Assembly (NCBI GenBank): GCA_009602735.1 | Contig: WELA01001856.1 | Location: 9,272 to 60,563 of the forward strand | Length of the DNA stretch: 51,292 nt | Direction: 5' to 3' | Source: Mesotaenium endlicherianum | Taxonomy: Eukaryota | Part shown: positions 12,001-23,593 of the stretch, one piece after another | Layout: each line of letters starts with the position of its first letter | Numbering within the stretch: the stretch's first letter is position 1 | The notes under the pieces: model-generated | Databases searched by the model: none | Told to the model about the DNA's origin: nothing | What the model saw: only the letters and a program-made list of their open reading frames with translations | Program-made: the position numbers and the translations under genes

Positions 12001-13150
12001 CGATAAATCGGTCGCCGAGTCGGTGGAGAATTGGGAATCAGAGGAATCGTATGTCCAATACCCCTATTAGGCGGAAACCCGACTGGTATTTCATGTGGAA
12101 AGACTGATTTGTACTTTTGCAAAAGAGCAGAAAGTGCAGCTTTAAGTGTCTCTTCATAACGAATCACGTCTAACACGGGCTCTTCCGTAAAGAGCTTAGT
12201 GGAAGTGACGGGGGAATCAGGTCGCAGTAATCCAAAGAAAATATTTTGACCTTGTTTTGCCAAACGTCTAGCTTGCTTGATGGATAATAGAAGAGTCTTC
12301 GAAGGACTGTCTATGGCCATATCGGGCTTAAGAGACTGGAGAGTAATCGTTCTTGTCCCTTTGCGAACAATGCATGTCTTTTGATTAAAGTCAAGCAATG
12401 CACTTGTCTGCGTAAGCCAAGTCGTACCCAAAATTGCATCAATACCATCGGGCAATTCTGTGACGTAGAATTATTCGTAGCCAATGTATGATTGCACTTT
12501 GAGCTGCAACTTTATTTTTCCAATAATACAAGCTAACGAGCCATCGCCAAGGCGAAGGTCCTTGACCTTGAGTGTTGGAATCAACTTCATCCCGTGTGCA
12601 AAACGTGCACTAATGAAGCTCACTGATGCGCCTGAATAAATGATTGTAGATCATGACTTGCCTGAAACTTTCGCGTCAAACGTCATACTTAACCCCAAAG
12701 AAGCTTTATGCATCACTAGCAATGTCCTCGCATTGAGAGGAATGTGAGAAATTTGGAGGTCCTTTACCAAAATCCCATTTTGCATTGCCGATCGCGCTTG
12801 AAACCGAGTAATCGGGTCAGAGTACAAGCGTTTTTGCATGAATGCAGCAATATAAATTGGTGCAAGACACGTGTGCATCTTTCGTAATCGAGACAAATGT
12901 TTGTAACACTTGTCAAGGTTAGGATCATGCGGCTGAAAGTGCGAGAACATGGAATCATGGACGCACTCGAGTCCAAGAACTCATCAAAGCTCAACACTTG
13001 CATACAAATATATCAATTTCAAAGTATATTTATATTGGGTATGCCAGAGTGGACAAGAACCTTTGGTGCATGCGCACAAACACCGAGACTTTCCTGCTCA
13101 CTAAGTCGTGTTGTCAATAGCTCAGAAGGAGGCCTTGCAGCTATCTCCTG
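9047..13150 (-). pseudogene. pol: pol of element C (unknown N-terminal domain, protease, RT, RNase H, integrase, divergent chromodomain)
   Basis: RT FGLTNAPATFQ...YLNN (from YLDD); RNase H VADASGVGIGAVL; integrase HHGITKT...CAT and FHPQTDGQTER; C-terminal WDVEEFLGHR...W..YDSSWNSYE. Confidence 0.92.
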
Positions 13151-13158
13151 AGCTATTC

Positions 13159-14383
13159 TTATAAAGGCCCCTTGCCTTTACCCTTAGGATCGTTCCTCAA
13201 ATCCTTCTTATTAGAACAGGCCGAGATCGTATGCCCATGTTTCCCACAGCCAAAACACAGCCCCGCTGTCATCATGCGATTGCGAGCCTCTGTGTGATCT
13301 ATCTTGCCTATCTTGGAAGGGGGGCCATTGGATCTAAGGCCAGTGCCCGCACCATTAGGATAGGTTCTCTTTGGAGCGGAATTGCTAGTAATAGGAAACG
13401 AAGGTGGAGGACGTGACAGGCGGTTCGTCTTCTTCGGCGTAGTAACCGTCTCCTCTTGAGCTAACGTCTCAGTATAACGAATGAGATCGGCGATGGCTGT
13501 CCATTCCAAACTTGTGACTGGGTTTGCGTTGAGATTAGCGTACGCTGGCTGGAGTCCCAAGCGAAAAAGGTGAATTTGCATCCCCGTGTCGACTGGAACA
13601 TCTACAATTTGGGCGACAAAAATACAAAACTTGTTGACGTACGTCTCAATAATGCCCGTATGTTTGAGTTGAAGCAACTTATCTCGGGCTAACTTCGATG
13701 GGTTGTGACGCCCAAAGGAGTTGCGTAACTCTGAACTAAACTCCTCGAATGTCATGGGCTCCCTGTTAGCCCCATGCCATAACTGTGATGCGTCCCCCTT
13801 AAGAAAAAGTGGAAGCCATCATGGCTTGGTCGGCGGGAGCGACTTTAGCTAACGCAAAGAAGGTTTTAAGTTCTTTGAGAAAACGGCGTACGTCAGAACC
13901 TAGGCCGCCTTGAAACTTTTAGAGCGTTGAAGGCTTCTAAGAAGGTGTTGGTGCCGCGGCCTGCCCAGGGATGGCAGCTGGGGCTGGCGGGTTGACGTTG
14001 TTGCCTGCGGTCCCAGATGGGCCTGGCATCCCTTGGGCAGCCTGTAAGAAAGGACCAAGCGAAGGGTGACTGTCCATGGCAGCAACGAAGCGAGTGACAA
14101 GGTTGGCCAACTTAGTATGAGTGGCCTCAGCGAGATTAACACAGTCTTCTGTACGACCAATGACATCTGACAAAGTACTAAGAGCCATTGTCATGGTTTG
14201 ACTGTCAGTTGTCAAGGCCGTGAAGCGTTGTAACATTGTCTGCTGGAAAGTGCGCGGCGAGATTGGCTCGGTGGGCGGTCCTCCAGCAGAGCCGTTGTTG
14301 ACGACAGGAACGTGAAGAGCAGCAGCGGCAGCAATAGCCGCAGCGGCAGTAGCAGTAGCGTCGGCACGTTTGTCGGTGTCCAT
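13159..14383 (-). pseudogene. gag: gag of element C
   Basis: MTFEEFSSELRNSF...ARDKLLQLKHTG and knuckle CFGCGKHGHTISAC. Frameshifted. Confidence 0.88.
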
Positions 14384-14441
14384 AGGAAAGCCGAGGTAGC
14401 GCCAAAGAAGAGAGAAAAAAACTTCCGTCGGAAGTGGCTAC

Positions 14442-14561
14442 GATAAGCGAACGTAGGTTCGAGCAAAACTGGAATGGGTGACCGTCCATTACGAAGAATT
14501 TCCCCAAACGGATTTCTACGATATGCGATCGTAGCCCAGGGCAGTACTGGGATGGGTGACC
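14442..14561 (+). promoter_or_regulatory. Two tandem 5S-rRNA internal-control-region-like motifs in the leader of C (antisense to element)
   Basis: GATAAGCG-N14-CAAAACTGGAATGGGTGACC (14442-14483) and GATATGCG-N14-CAGTACTGGGATGGGTGACC (14520-14561), compared with plant 5S GTTAAGCG-N14-TAGTACTAGGATGGGTGACC (recalled consensus). Confidence 0.7.
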
Positions 14562-14650
14562 CTCCTAGTACAAAAAGTATCCCAAAATATCTTTCCCAAA
14601 TATACTCCAACCACTTAAAAAAAAAAAAATCCTTGCAGAAACCGAGATCG

Positions 14651-14662
14651 GCTCCGGTACCA
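14651..14662 (-). promoter_or_regulatory. Primer-binding site of element C
   Basis: TGGTACCGGAGC on the minus strand next to the 5' LTR. Confidence 0.8.
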
Positions 14663-14663
14663 A

Positions 14664-15578
14664 TGTAACGTTTTTGCTTTTCAAGAGGATCTTTCCTCGG
14701 TATTCAAGGAATATTTAATTGAAGTGGAAAGAAAATCTGCATACTTGTGCAAATTGACGAATACTTGAAATAGCGGAATTGAAAACTAACGTAGAATGTG
14801 TGCTTGTGAGAGTTGCACTCACAATGACTCTTGCGAGTATTTATACTTGCAAATCGTGAGGCACTGGAGTGCTTCGAGTCACCACCTAGGGCACTAGTTC
14901 ATGTTCAACGAAAACGGTCGAAGGGGTACGACCCATTCGGCCGAATGCTCGAAACGCGCCGTTTGGCGGTCTGGAGACTTTTCGACGGTTTCCAAAAAAC
15001 TGTTTCACGCCAAACGGACGTTTTCAACGCAACTTTTGAAAAGTCGCGACCGTTTGCAGAGTCGCGTACAAATGCTTTCGTCATGAACCGGGAGTTATAA
15101 GTAACTACTTCGCCAATCGGTTAGCTGTGAACGTTTGAAACGACGAGTTGCGGGTTCGAATCCGCTCGGATGCAAAGTTGCTTTGCATATTATGTGTCGT
15201 TTGACTTTTACGACTGTTTCTTCGTATTAACGACTGGTCGAAAATGCGAAATCTATGACTGTGCATTATCCGAAACAATGACAATCATATCAACTTAATC
15301 AAGCCGAGATTTATTAACTTATCATCTCATAGTTAACCAAAGTAATTTTATGAATAATTACGTTGTACTTTTGCGAAGTAGTCGAGTTACATTACGACGC
15401 TTTTTGCAATAGTATCTCGGTCGTTTCGCCAATCGACCAGGAATTAATCGGCACACGCGTATGGCGAATAATTGAATATGATGCAATTATTTTTCAAATA
15501 ACATGATAAATAGTATAATGTACTTTAGGTAACCGGGACAACGTCCCAATTACGCCTAATATAGCTCGGATCGTTACA
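14664..15578 (-). repeat. 5' LTR of element C
   Basis: Direct repeat of 7988-8907. Contains the same tRNA-like module (B box 15153-15163). Confidence 0.95.
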
Positions 15579-15759
15579 AACGTGTTTTGACTCGGTTTGA
15601 CGTGTTTGCTTGACTTTGGGTCGATTTTGTTGCTCATTTGAGTTTGTGGATTGTTTCACATTCTCTACTGCTGTGGTACGATGCTTTTTCTCTCTCTCTT
15701 CGACCTGGATTTGAAACTCAAATCATGTCAAGGTTGGCATCGCATTTTTCTTGATAAGT

Positions 15760-18700
15760 GCCAATTTCTTATAAGCTATCGACAACACTTTTTGGTGCAC
15801 AGGAAATTCTCGGTGTTTGCTCGCGACCGCCAGAAATCCTTGTTCTCTTAGGCGTACCATATACAATTATATTTTGCTTAGAATATATTGGTATGCAAGT
15901 GTTGAGCTTTGTCGAGTTTACGAAACTTGAATGCATACATGCTTGTATGTTTTTGCACTTTCAGCTGAATGACCGTGATCTTGCACAGTATTACGAACAC
16001 TTGTCCATTTTAGGTTGATCAAATAGGTATTTTGCACCAATATATATTGCTGCATTCACTAAACGACCCAGTGGACTTGAACGTGTCGCTCAGTTTCCCA
16101 CTGGTTTAACGATGCCAGTGTAGGTGACACTTGGCTTAAGCAGACAAGGGCATTGTTGGACTATGGTCAGAGTACGTGCATTGTCCACAAGAGGGATAAG
16201 AAGACCACACTTCACTCTCTGAAGAAACCCAGGAGTATAAATAGTCCTTCAAAGACTCTTCTACTCTCTGTCAAGCAAGCTCGACGATTGGTTAAGCACG
16301 GTCAATAGGTTCTTTATGAACTCCCGCGCCAAGCTCCCACAGAGGTTTCTTCTTTGCTTTTTAAGGAAGAGTCAAAATTGGACGTCCCTGGTCATATTGC
16401 AACACTAACAGCTGAATTGTCTTCTCTTCAGCAGAAGTACAAGTCAGTGTCTCCCACCTGACAGAGGTACGGGATATACTATTCCTCTTCTTCCAGACGT
16501 CCAACCTACTTGGCGGCCAATTTACCGGCTCAATTCGATGGAGGTGAAAGAGATGAAGACCCAATTTGCCGACTTGCTGTCAAAAGGATGGATTAAGCCG
16601 AGCTCTTCTCTGATTGGGGCACCCATCCTCTTCGTCCAGAAGAAGATGGCAGCCTACGAATGTGCATTGATTATTGAGCGTTGAATAACATAACGGTCAA
16701 TAACCGCTATTTGTTACCTCGCATGATTTGTTTGATTCGCTGCAAGTAGTAGCACAGGTTTTCTCCTTGCTTGATCTAACTTAAGACTATCATCAAATTC
16801 AAATCACACAAGAGGGCGTTCCCAAGACAGCGTTTCGGACGCCTACTGGCTACCTCCATACAAAGTCCTAAGTTTTGGACTTACCAATGCACCAGCGACA
16901 TTCCAAAGCACAATGAACGATGTGTTTAGACCTTACTTGGGTAAGCTCGTCCCGGTTTACCTTGACGATATTGTGGTCTATTCAAAGACGGAGGTCGAGC
17001 ATTACAAGCACCAAGAGTTGGTGTTGCAGATCCTTTGTGAGCAACAGCTTTATGCCAAGCTCAAGAAACGTTCCTTCCATAAGAATGAACTTTTGTATCT
17101 TCGACATATCATTGGCTCGATAGGGATACGACCAAACCCGGCCAAAATTGCATGCATTGCGAACATGTTGGTCCCAATAGATGTACATACTGTCCGTTCA
17201 ATCTTGGGGTTTGCTAACTATTCTTGCAAGTTTATGCAAGGTTATTCAATGATGGCCGAGCCACTCACTCCTCTGACAAGGAACAATGTGCCCTTCATTT
17301 GGATTGAGATTACGCAATTTGCAATTGAGCCCATTTTGTATGCCCTCACTCATGCGTCGGTTCTAACATTGGCCGATCCAAACCAGCCTTACGAGGTAGT
17401 GGCGGATGTGTCTGGTGTTGAAATAGGGGCTGTACAGCCGCAGGCAGGTCAGCCTAATAGTTTTGAGAGTCGAAAGCTGACACCTGCCGAACAAAACTAC
17501 TCAACGACAGAGCAGGAGCTTCGGGCAGTTATACACGCTTTAAAGATCTGGCGTTGTTACTTGGAAGGCTGCAAAGCCCTGATGGTGGTTACGGACCACT
17601 GCTCAAATACCTTCTTCCAAGTCCAACTCACTTTACCAAGACGACAAACAAGATGGCCGGAGTTCCTCCAGCGATTCCACTTTACTTGGGCATATCGCCC
17701 TGCGTGTAACAATGTTGCGGACCTGCTAAGTCAAATCCCTCAAGAAGTTCTCTTGCTTCAGGGGCACTTGGCAGAGGAAGACAAACGAATCGGTCAGGCT
17801 TCAAGGGCGGCCACCCTTGATCTGCTGTACCACCCCCAATGCTTGCTGCCTATAAGCCTGGTGAAGCGGGCACACCCGTCTTGTGTAGCATAGCTACTTC
17901 TGACTCGCTTGACCTGCATCAACTGATTACAGAGGGCTACACCAATAACCTGTTTTTCCTATATCGCCTGGGTACTGGCTTGAACGGTGTAGCCGTAATG
18001 ATGGACAATATGGACAAAAGGAAAGAGTTTTTTGTGGCACAATGGGCGCATTATGGTTCCAGAAGGCCAAGTCAGACATGTTCTACTACAAGAAGCACAT
18101 GACTCTTCTTACTCAGGTCATCATGGTATAATTAAAACAACCCAGCAGTTGCACCGAGGGTACACATGGTCGTCCCTCATAGTTGATGTTGCCAAATATA
18201 TCACCAACTGTGCGACTTGTCAGAGGAACAAGCCGAGCAATGCGTTGCCCGCAAGGAAGCTACATCCTTTCAAACTTGCAGGTGTCCCTTGGGAAAGTAT
18301 TAGTCTCGACTTCATCGTGGACCTGCCGACCACCGACAAGTGCCACAATGGGGTGTCGACGACCATAGATCGCTTCACTAAGATGGTGCACTTTTTGGCC
18401 ACTAAACCATCATGTGATGCCAAAGAGACAGCGGGTCTCTTTGTCGATCATGTGTTCAAGCTACATTGGATGCCAAAGGAAATCATAAACCATGGTGACA
18501 GTAGATTTACGAGCCACTTCTGGCAGAATGTTTGCTCGTACTTCGGCACAAAGCTTAAGATATGCACAAGCTTTCATCCTCAGACGCATGGCCAAACTGA
18601 ACGTTTGAATCGCGTTCTTTAACAGTTCCTAAGGCATTATGTGAATCCTCGGCAAGACAATTGGGATACCGTCTTCTCCATTGTAGAGTTCGCTGTTAAG

Positions 18701-19460
18701 CTTACCAGGAATGTGTTGAGGAAACCTCGTTTTTCCTCAGCAATGGGCGTCATCCGCACACTCCGCTACACGCCATGGTCACCGATGCGGCGGGGAGTTG
18801 TCCATGGAATTTCCAAGCGTACGCCTCTTTCTCCACTCTCTTTAAGAGGTGCACAGACAGGCAAAGTTGGCCTTAGTCGCTACTCAAGACAGACAGAAAA
18901 ATTTTGCTGACACACAGAGGCAAGAGTTGAGTTTTGACGTCGGCAATAAAGTACTTTTGCAAACTAAAAATTTGCAACTCAAGCACCCTCAAAACAGCAA
19001 GCTTGTGCCTCGATGAGTAGGCCCTTTTCTCGTTATTGCACGGGTTGGTCCCGTTGCATACCGACTAGATTTGCCTAAATTCATGGGGCGGACACATTCT
19101 GTGTTCCATGTCAATCTACTCAAACTGTTTAGGTCTGACGGTTCATTATCAGACACAGCCGCCAGAGTTGGAACTCACCGACGATGATATAGCCTGGGAC
19201 GTGAAGGATGTCTTAGGACATCAATTTACCCGTCATAAGCCTCCACGAGTGGAGCTTTTGATCGAGTGGCTAGATTACGATTCCAATTGGACTTTGTACA
19301 AATCGCAGGACAAAATTGTACTTAATTGTAGTGATCTATAGTTCAGCAATACTGGTTACGATGGGCCAAAGCTTGACGGCTCTCTGGACAGAGAAAGTTG
19401 CTGTCTGCTCCTGATCCTAAACCAATAGATAAATGCAAAAGAGCCGCGGCTATATAATCG
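15760..19460 (+). pseudogene. pol: pol of element D (protease active site deleted; RT, RNase H, integrase, divergent chromodomain)
   Basis: VYLDDIVVYS; RNase H VADVSGVEIGAV; HHGIIKT...CATCQ; FHPQTHGQTER; WDVKDVLGH...IEWLDYDSNW. Many stops and frameshifts. Confidence 0.9.
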
Positions 19461-19584
19461 GTCTTTTCCACCATTGCCTGGATTGCAGAACTTGTGTTCG
19501 ACTCACTATGGGCAAGTCTCACACACATTAAAGCTTAAGAGACTACCTTAACGTGGACGTTAAAATCTTTTTAGGGGGAAGAAG

Positions 19585-20226
19585 TGTAGCGATCCAAGCC
19601 TTTTTGGCATATTCAGGATATTTTCCTAATTTCCTAAAATACGTTATACTTTTAAATCGATGAAAGATTGCATTTTGACAAATTTCTAGCCACACACGTG
19701 TGTCGACTAATTTCGGTCGATTGGCGAAGCGACCAGCAAATTTATTGATAACATACCTTCGATATTTTGCAAAAGAATACTGTAATTAATCATAAAGTTA
19801 CTGTGATTGATTGCAAACAATTAAGTTGATTAATTAAGGATGAATTTCCTCATTATGACTTTCATTATTTCAGACAATGACTGTCACGATGTTTCAACTT
19901 GATGACGATCGTTAAACCAAACGAAAATCCATATCGGTGACCCGAGGGAGACACCGGTGGGAATTAAACTCGCGACCTCCTGGCCGCGTCAGCACAATTC
20001 CACGACAATCGTAATTCAAACGGAAACCAATCAACAATGTTACTTTGTACTCGGAGGCATTCAAAACCTTGTCCTTTGTTTGAAACGTTTACACCTAACA
20101 ATAGGCCAAAGAGTTTTGGTGAACTCCCGGTTCATGTCAAACGTATAGGTACGCGACTAACCGAATAGTTGCGACTTTTTCGGAAATTCGCAAAAACACG
20201 AAAACGCCCTTTTGGCGCGAAACGGA
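19585..20226 (+). repeat. 3' LTR of element D (truncated)
   Basis: Starts TGTAGCGATCC after the PPT. Similar to the reverse complement of the C LTR until ~20226. Confidence 0.8.
19945..20115 (-). promoter_or_regulatory. Two degenerate tRNA-like modules in the D LTR
   Basis: Minus strand: TGGCCTATTGTTAGG...CGTTTCAAAC...AGGTTTTGAATGCCT (homologue of the C module), then GAGGTCGCGAGTTTAATTCCCAC (variable loop + T-arm-like). Confidence 0.45.
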
Positions 20227-20857
20227 TCAACAACTTGCCTGGTGCGCCTCAGGAGCGACACTGGAGCGCCACCTGGGGGTCCAGCACATGTCCCGCTAGT
20301 CCTTGCTGCCATCCCAACGCATGCCCCAGAGCACGCACTGACGTCGACCCTTGCACCAGCCCCAGATGCGCCCGGGACAATAGCCGCACCCGACGCCTTC
20401 GTCTGCTGCGCACAGACACGACCACTTGGCAGTAGTCCGGCGGCACACGCGGCCACGCGCGAGCACCCACTTGTGGCAGGTGCTGGCTGTGCAGCAGGCG
20501 CGCCCAAGCGCAACGAACTCGACCAGGGACGGCGTACAGAGGAGGCCCCACGCCTGCCTTGCTCCTTCCGCATCCTGGACCCCCCCCAACAACCCAGTCA
20601 CGCCAGCACCGTACGCACTCGCATCGCCAGTGATGACGGTGCAGCTCAGCGCCAAGGTGCTATAGTTCGCACTGCACCGCATGCTGGCGGTATCATTTGT
20701 TGAGCTCGGCGTGACGTTGGAGGCGACCCGGCAAGTCGCCCAGCTGATGCTACGCTCCCGGTGCCCGACCAAACGCCAATAGGCCGACAGCAGGAGCTTC
20801 CGCGGTGATGCTCTCAGCCCCCGCTCGACCCCCACACGAGCGCAGGTTGATCTCTAG

Positions 20858-21290
20858 CCCCAAAGTCGCGTTTCTGGACAACGCGCAAGGGATTGTGCTG
20901 GTCAACAAGCAGGCCCCTCAGCGCATTATGTTTGACACCGGCGCACAGCCAATTCTGATCAGTCACAGCTAGCTCCGGCAGCTGAGCCTCTTAGCAGCTG
21001 ACCTGGAGGATTCGCCCATGCGGATCCGACCTGCGACAAGAACATCCGCGTCCGTGACAGGGCGCACCCGGCTGGCGCTCGTCTTTACCATTTGCCCTGG
21101 GACCAAGGATGAGACGACAATCCATCGTCACGCGCTAGTGACGCGCTCTGAAACCTTTGACGTCCTCTTGGGGCAGGACGTACTTGTCCCCATTAGAGCC
21201 GCGGTGGACAACTGGACGGAGCAGGCACACTTTTGGTGCGACTAGCGCACGGGAGGCACGCGCACGGCCTCATTGCCATTGAACATTGTG
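20858..21290 (+). pseudogene. Aspartic protease domain of element F
   Basis: Manual translation RIMFDTGAQPILIS...FDVLLGQDVL (DTGA at 20934-20945), with in-frame stops. Confidence 0.85.
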
Positions 21291-23242
21291 GACCAGCGGC
21301 CCACAGCAGCAGCCCTCTACGGCTTCACGGCGCTCGGCGACAATGAGGACCGACCGGCGTCACCCAAATGCGCAAGGGCAGCCTAGAGGAGGACGACGTT
21401 ATTGTCGGGGTCGACTTGCTCCAGCCCCAGGACGAGGAGCCAGAGCTACCAAGCGCGGAGCTATACCTTACTCCACAGCAGCAGACGGAGCTGCTGGTAG
21501 CGCAAGCCCGCAAGTCTGTGCGCATCTATGCAGCACAGCTTGCCACGATGCCCCAGATTACCGCACCAGCGACCGCCGCCTCCGACATCGCTGCCACGGC
21601 AGTGGCCATAATCGCTAGGGCCCACAAGCTCCACGCCGTTGCGGCAGGCACGAGCCTACCGCCCGCACAAGAGCCTCCTCCGCTCGAGAGAGCTTGTTTG
21701 CCCAACGCGCGGTCCGACGTCCGCATGCAAGAGGAGGTACAAGTTGGACTGGCCATGCAACTCCAGATGGCGTCCCAACCACCTTCACCGTCGCTGCACA
21801 CTGACGACTCCGATCGCCGTACAACCACTTTAGAGGAGGAGGCCATGCGCCACGCGACCTACGACCCGGTGACAAACGAGGAGTTGTACAAGCGCACGCC
21901 AAACAAGCCCTACAAGGGACCGCGAGGGTCGCAGGCTCGGCCCGTCACTTCCGCTGCTTGCATCCGCCGCAGGCCCACAAGGCCCCCAGGCATCAGCACG
22001 CTGACAGGGCCCCCAGGCTTCAACAGGCCTGCCGGATCGCCCGGGTTTGAGCACTCGTCAGCAGCCGGTCTGTTGGGCTTCAGTCGATCAGCGTCCGCCC
22101 GGTCTGGGAAGGCCTATTGTTGTGCGGCAGGTCCCTGGTGCCGGCCCGGGCATGACTGCTCCACCAAGGCTAGCTGTCACAATCTCTCGCGCCTGCCGTA
22201 CAGAAGAGGCACCGACAATGCCCGCTCCGGCGCTCACGCCTGCACCGCCGCGACATCCGTCTCCTTCAGCACTGGCGCACAGGCAGCCCGCGCGATGGCC
22301 AGCGTACCTAGCACTGCGATGACCGCGGTGCCGGCTGTACGTTCCGTCCTTCGTCTCAAGCCAGGCCGCAAACTGCGCAGTTGGCGCCCAGCTGTTACCC
22401 CGCCGTAGTCCGGCACAACTTGCGCAGCGAGCGCAGCCTCACACCCCTGCACAGTCTGCGCAGAGAGCGCAGCCTCACGCCTCCGCCGCATCACGGCCAA
22501 CCAGTCACCCCTCCATAACGTGACACTTGCGGCCGGTATGCCACGCCGCCCTACCGCGACAATCGTGACCGAGCAGCCACTCCACAATACTGCAAGGTGA
22601 ATGACCGAGAGAACGGCCCATAGTCTACGACTTACGCCTCCCACGCTCCTTACAACTGGCGCTTGCCGCCTCCGCGCATTCACCTCGCCGGCAACGGACC
22701 TGGCGACTCACCTTCCTCCAAGGTGGCCCGCACCACCCGCGCATGCGACTCTCGGCCCGGTTGACCCTCAATAGTGGGCGACAACCTGGCACGCCGCCAC
22801 CAACGGCTTGACGACCACCTGCCGCTCCACTCTCAGCTCCATGCCCGAGTACAGCTGGCGCCTCGCCAGCCAGTGCGCGCACGCTCGTTTTCCTACCGCA
22901 CAGAGCCCGCTGGCAGTGACAATCCAGTGGACCTCCCTTTCCACCAGCGCCAGCAGGCCTCCCACGATCCTCACCTGTACCTGCCGCAGCGACCCATCTT
23001 GAACCAGCTTACGTACTCCGCCTCTCATACGCAGGATCGCGCTTGGTGGCAACTCACCTGTGTACGCATGGCCCAGTCCCTCTGGACTCCGGTACCCTTG
23101 CTCATCTTGCAGGACGCCCAGGATAGGTAGCGACAGTACCAAGCCCACGCGCGCGTCGCACAGCCCCAGCCACTGGCTAGGCCTCTTCCGCATCTTACGC
23201 GCAACTGCGCTGCCCGCGCAGTCGCTCCTCTCCGCATGGAAC

Positions 23243-23592
23243 CAAGGTTACGCCGTACGTTCATACGCTTAATACGCTAGATACACTAGTTCGCTAAATT
23301 CATTACAGCAAAAACTGCTTGATACGCTTAGTACGCATCACAATTTACGCCTTATTTTACGGCATGTGTACAAAATTAGTCCAATCGACTTTTTTGAGAA
23401 ACTTGAAGGCATATGACACTTATTAGAACGGTACACCATGCTTTGAATACAATCTCTTGACCTGCCCCCTCCAAACAAAAAAGTTTCATTTTTACACTTC
23501 AATTTTATCCAAATATGCTTAATGCGCTATACGCTATTTATACGCTGAATACGCCTAATTTTTTGGGCTCATACGCGTATGGCGTAACCTTG
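23243..23592. mobile_element. 350-bp MITE, probably hAT superfamily
   Basis: TIR CAAGGTTACGCC(G/A)TACG; 8-bp TSD CATGGAAC/CATGGAAT; AT-rich interior with many TACGC subterminal repeats. Removing it restores the F reading frame. Confidence 0.9.
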
Positions 23593-23593
23593 C

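Larger units (their letters stand above)
7988..15578 (-). mobile_element. Full-length Ty3/Gypsy chromovirus C (decayed ORFs)
   Basis: Two ~920-bp LTRs (TGTAAC...GTTACA), TSD GACGT/AACGT (1 mismatch), PBS, PPT, gag and pol. Confidence 0.95.
7345..20226 (+). mobile_element. Ty3/Gypsy chromovirus D (diverged relative of C; truncated at both ends; interrupted by C)
   Basis: Leader and gag start (PTEPLSPR, cf. PTEPISPR in C) at ~7350-7630. pol remnants at 15760-19460, PPT AGGGGGAAGAAG, and an LTR from 19585 homologous to the C LTR. Confidence 0.75.

Noticed and set aside
14390..14600. A real 5S rRNA gene
   Set aside because: Only the ICR-like part matches. The 5' half and terminal stem of 5S rRNA are absent and the site is a retrotransposon leader.
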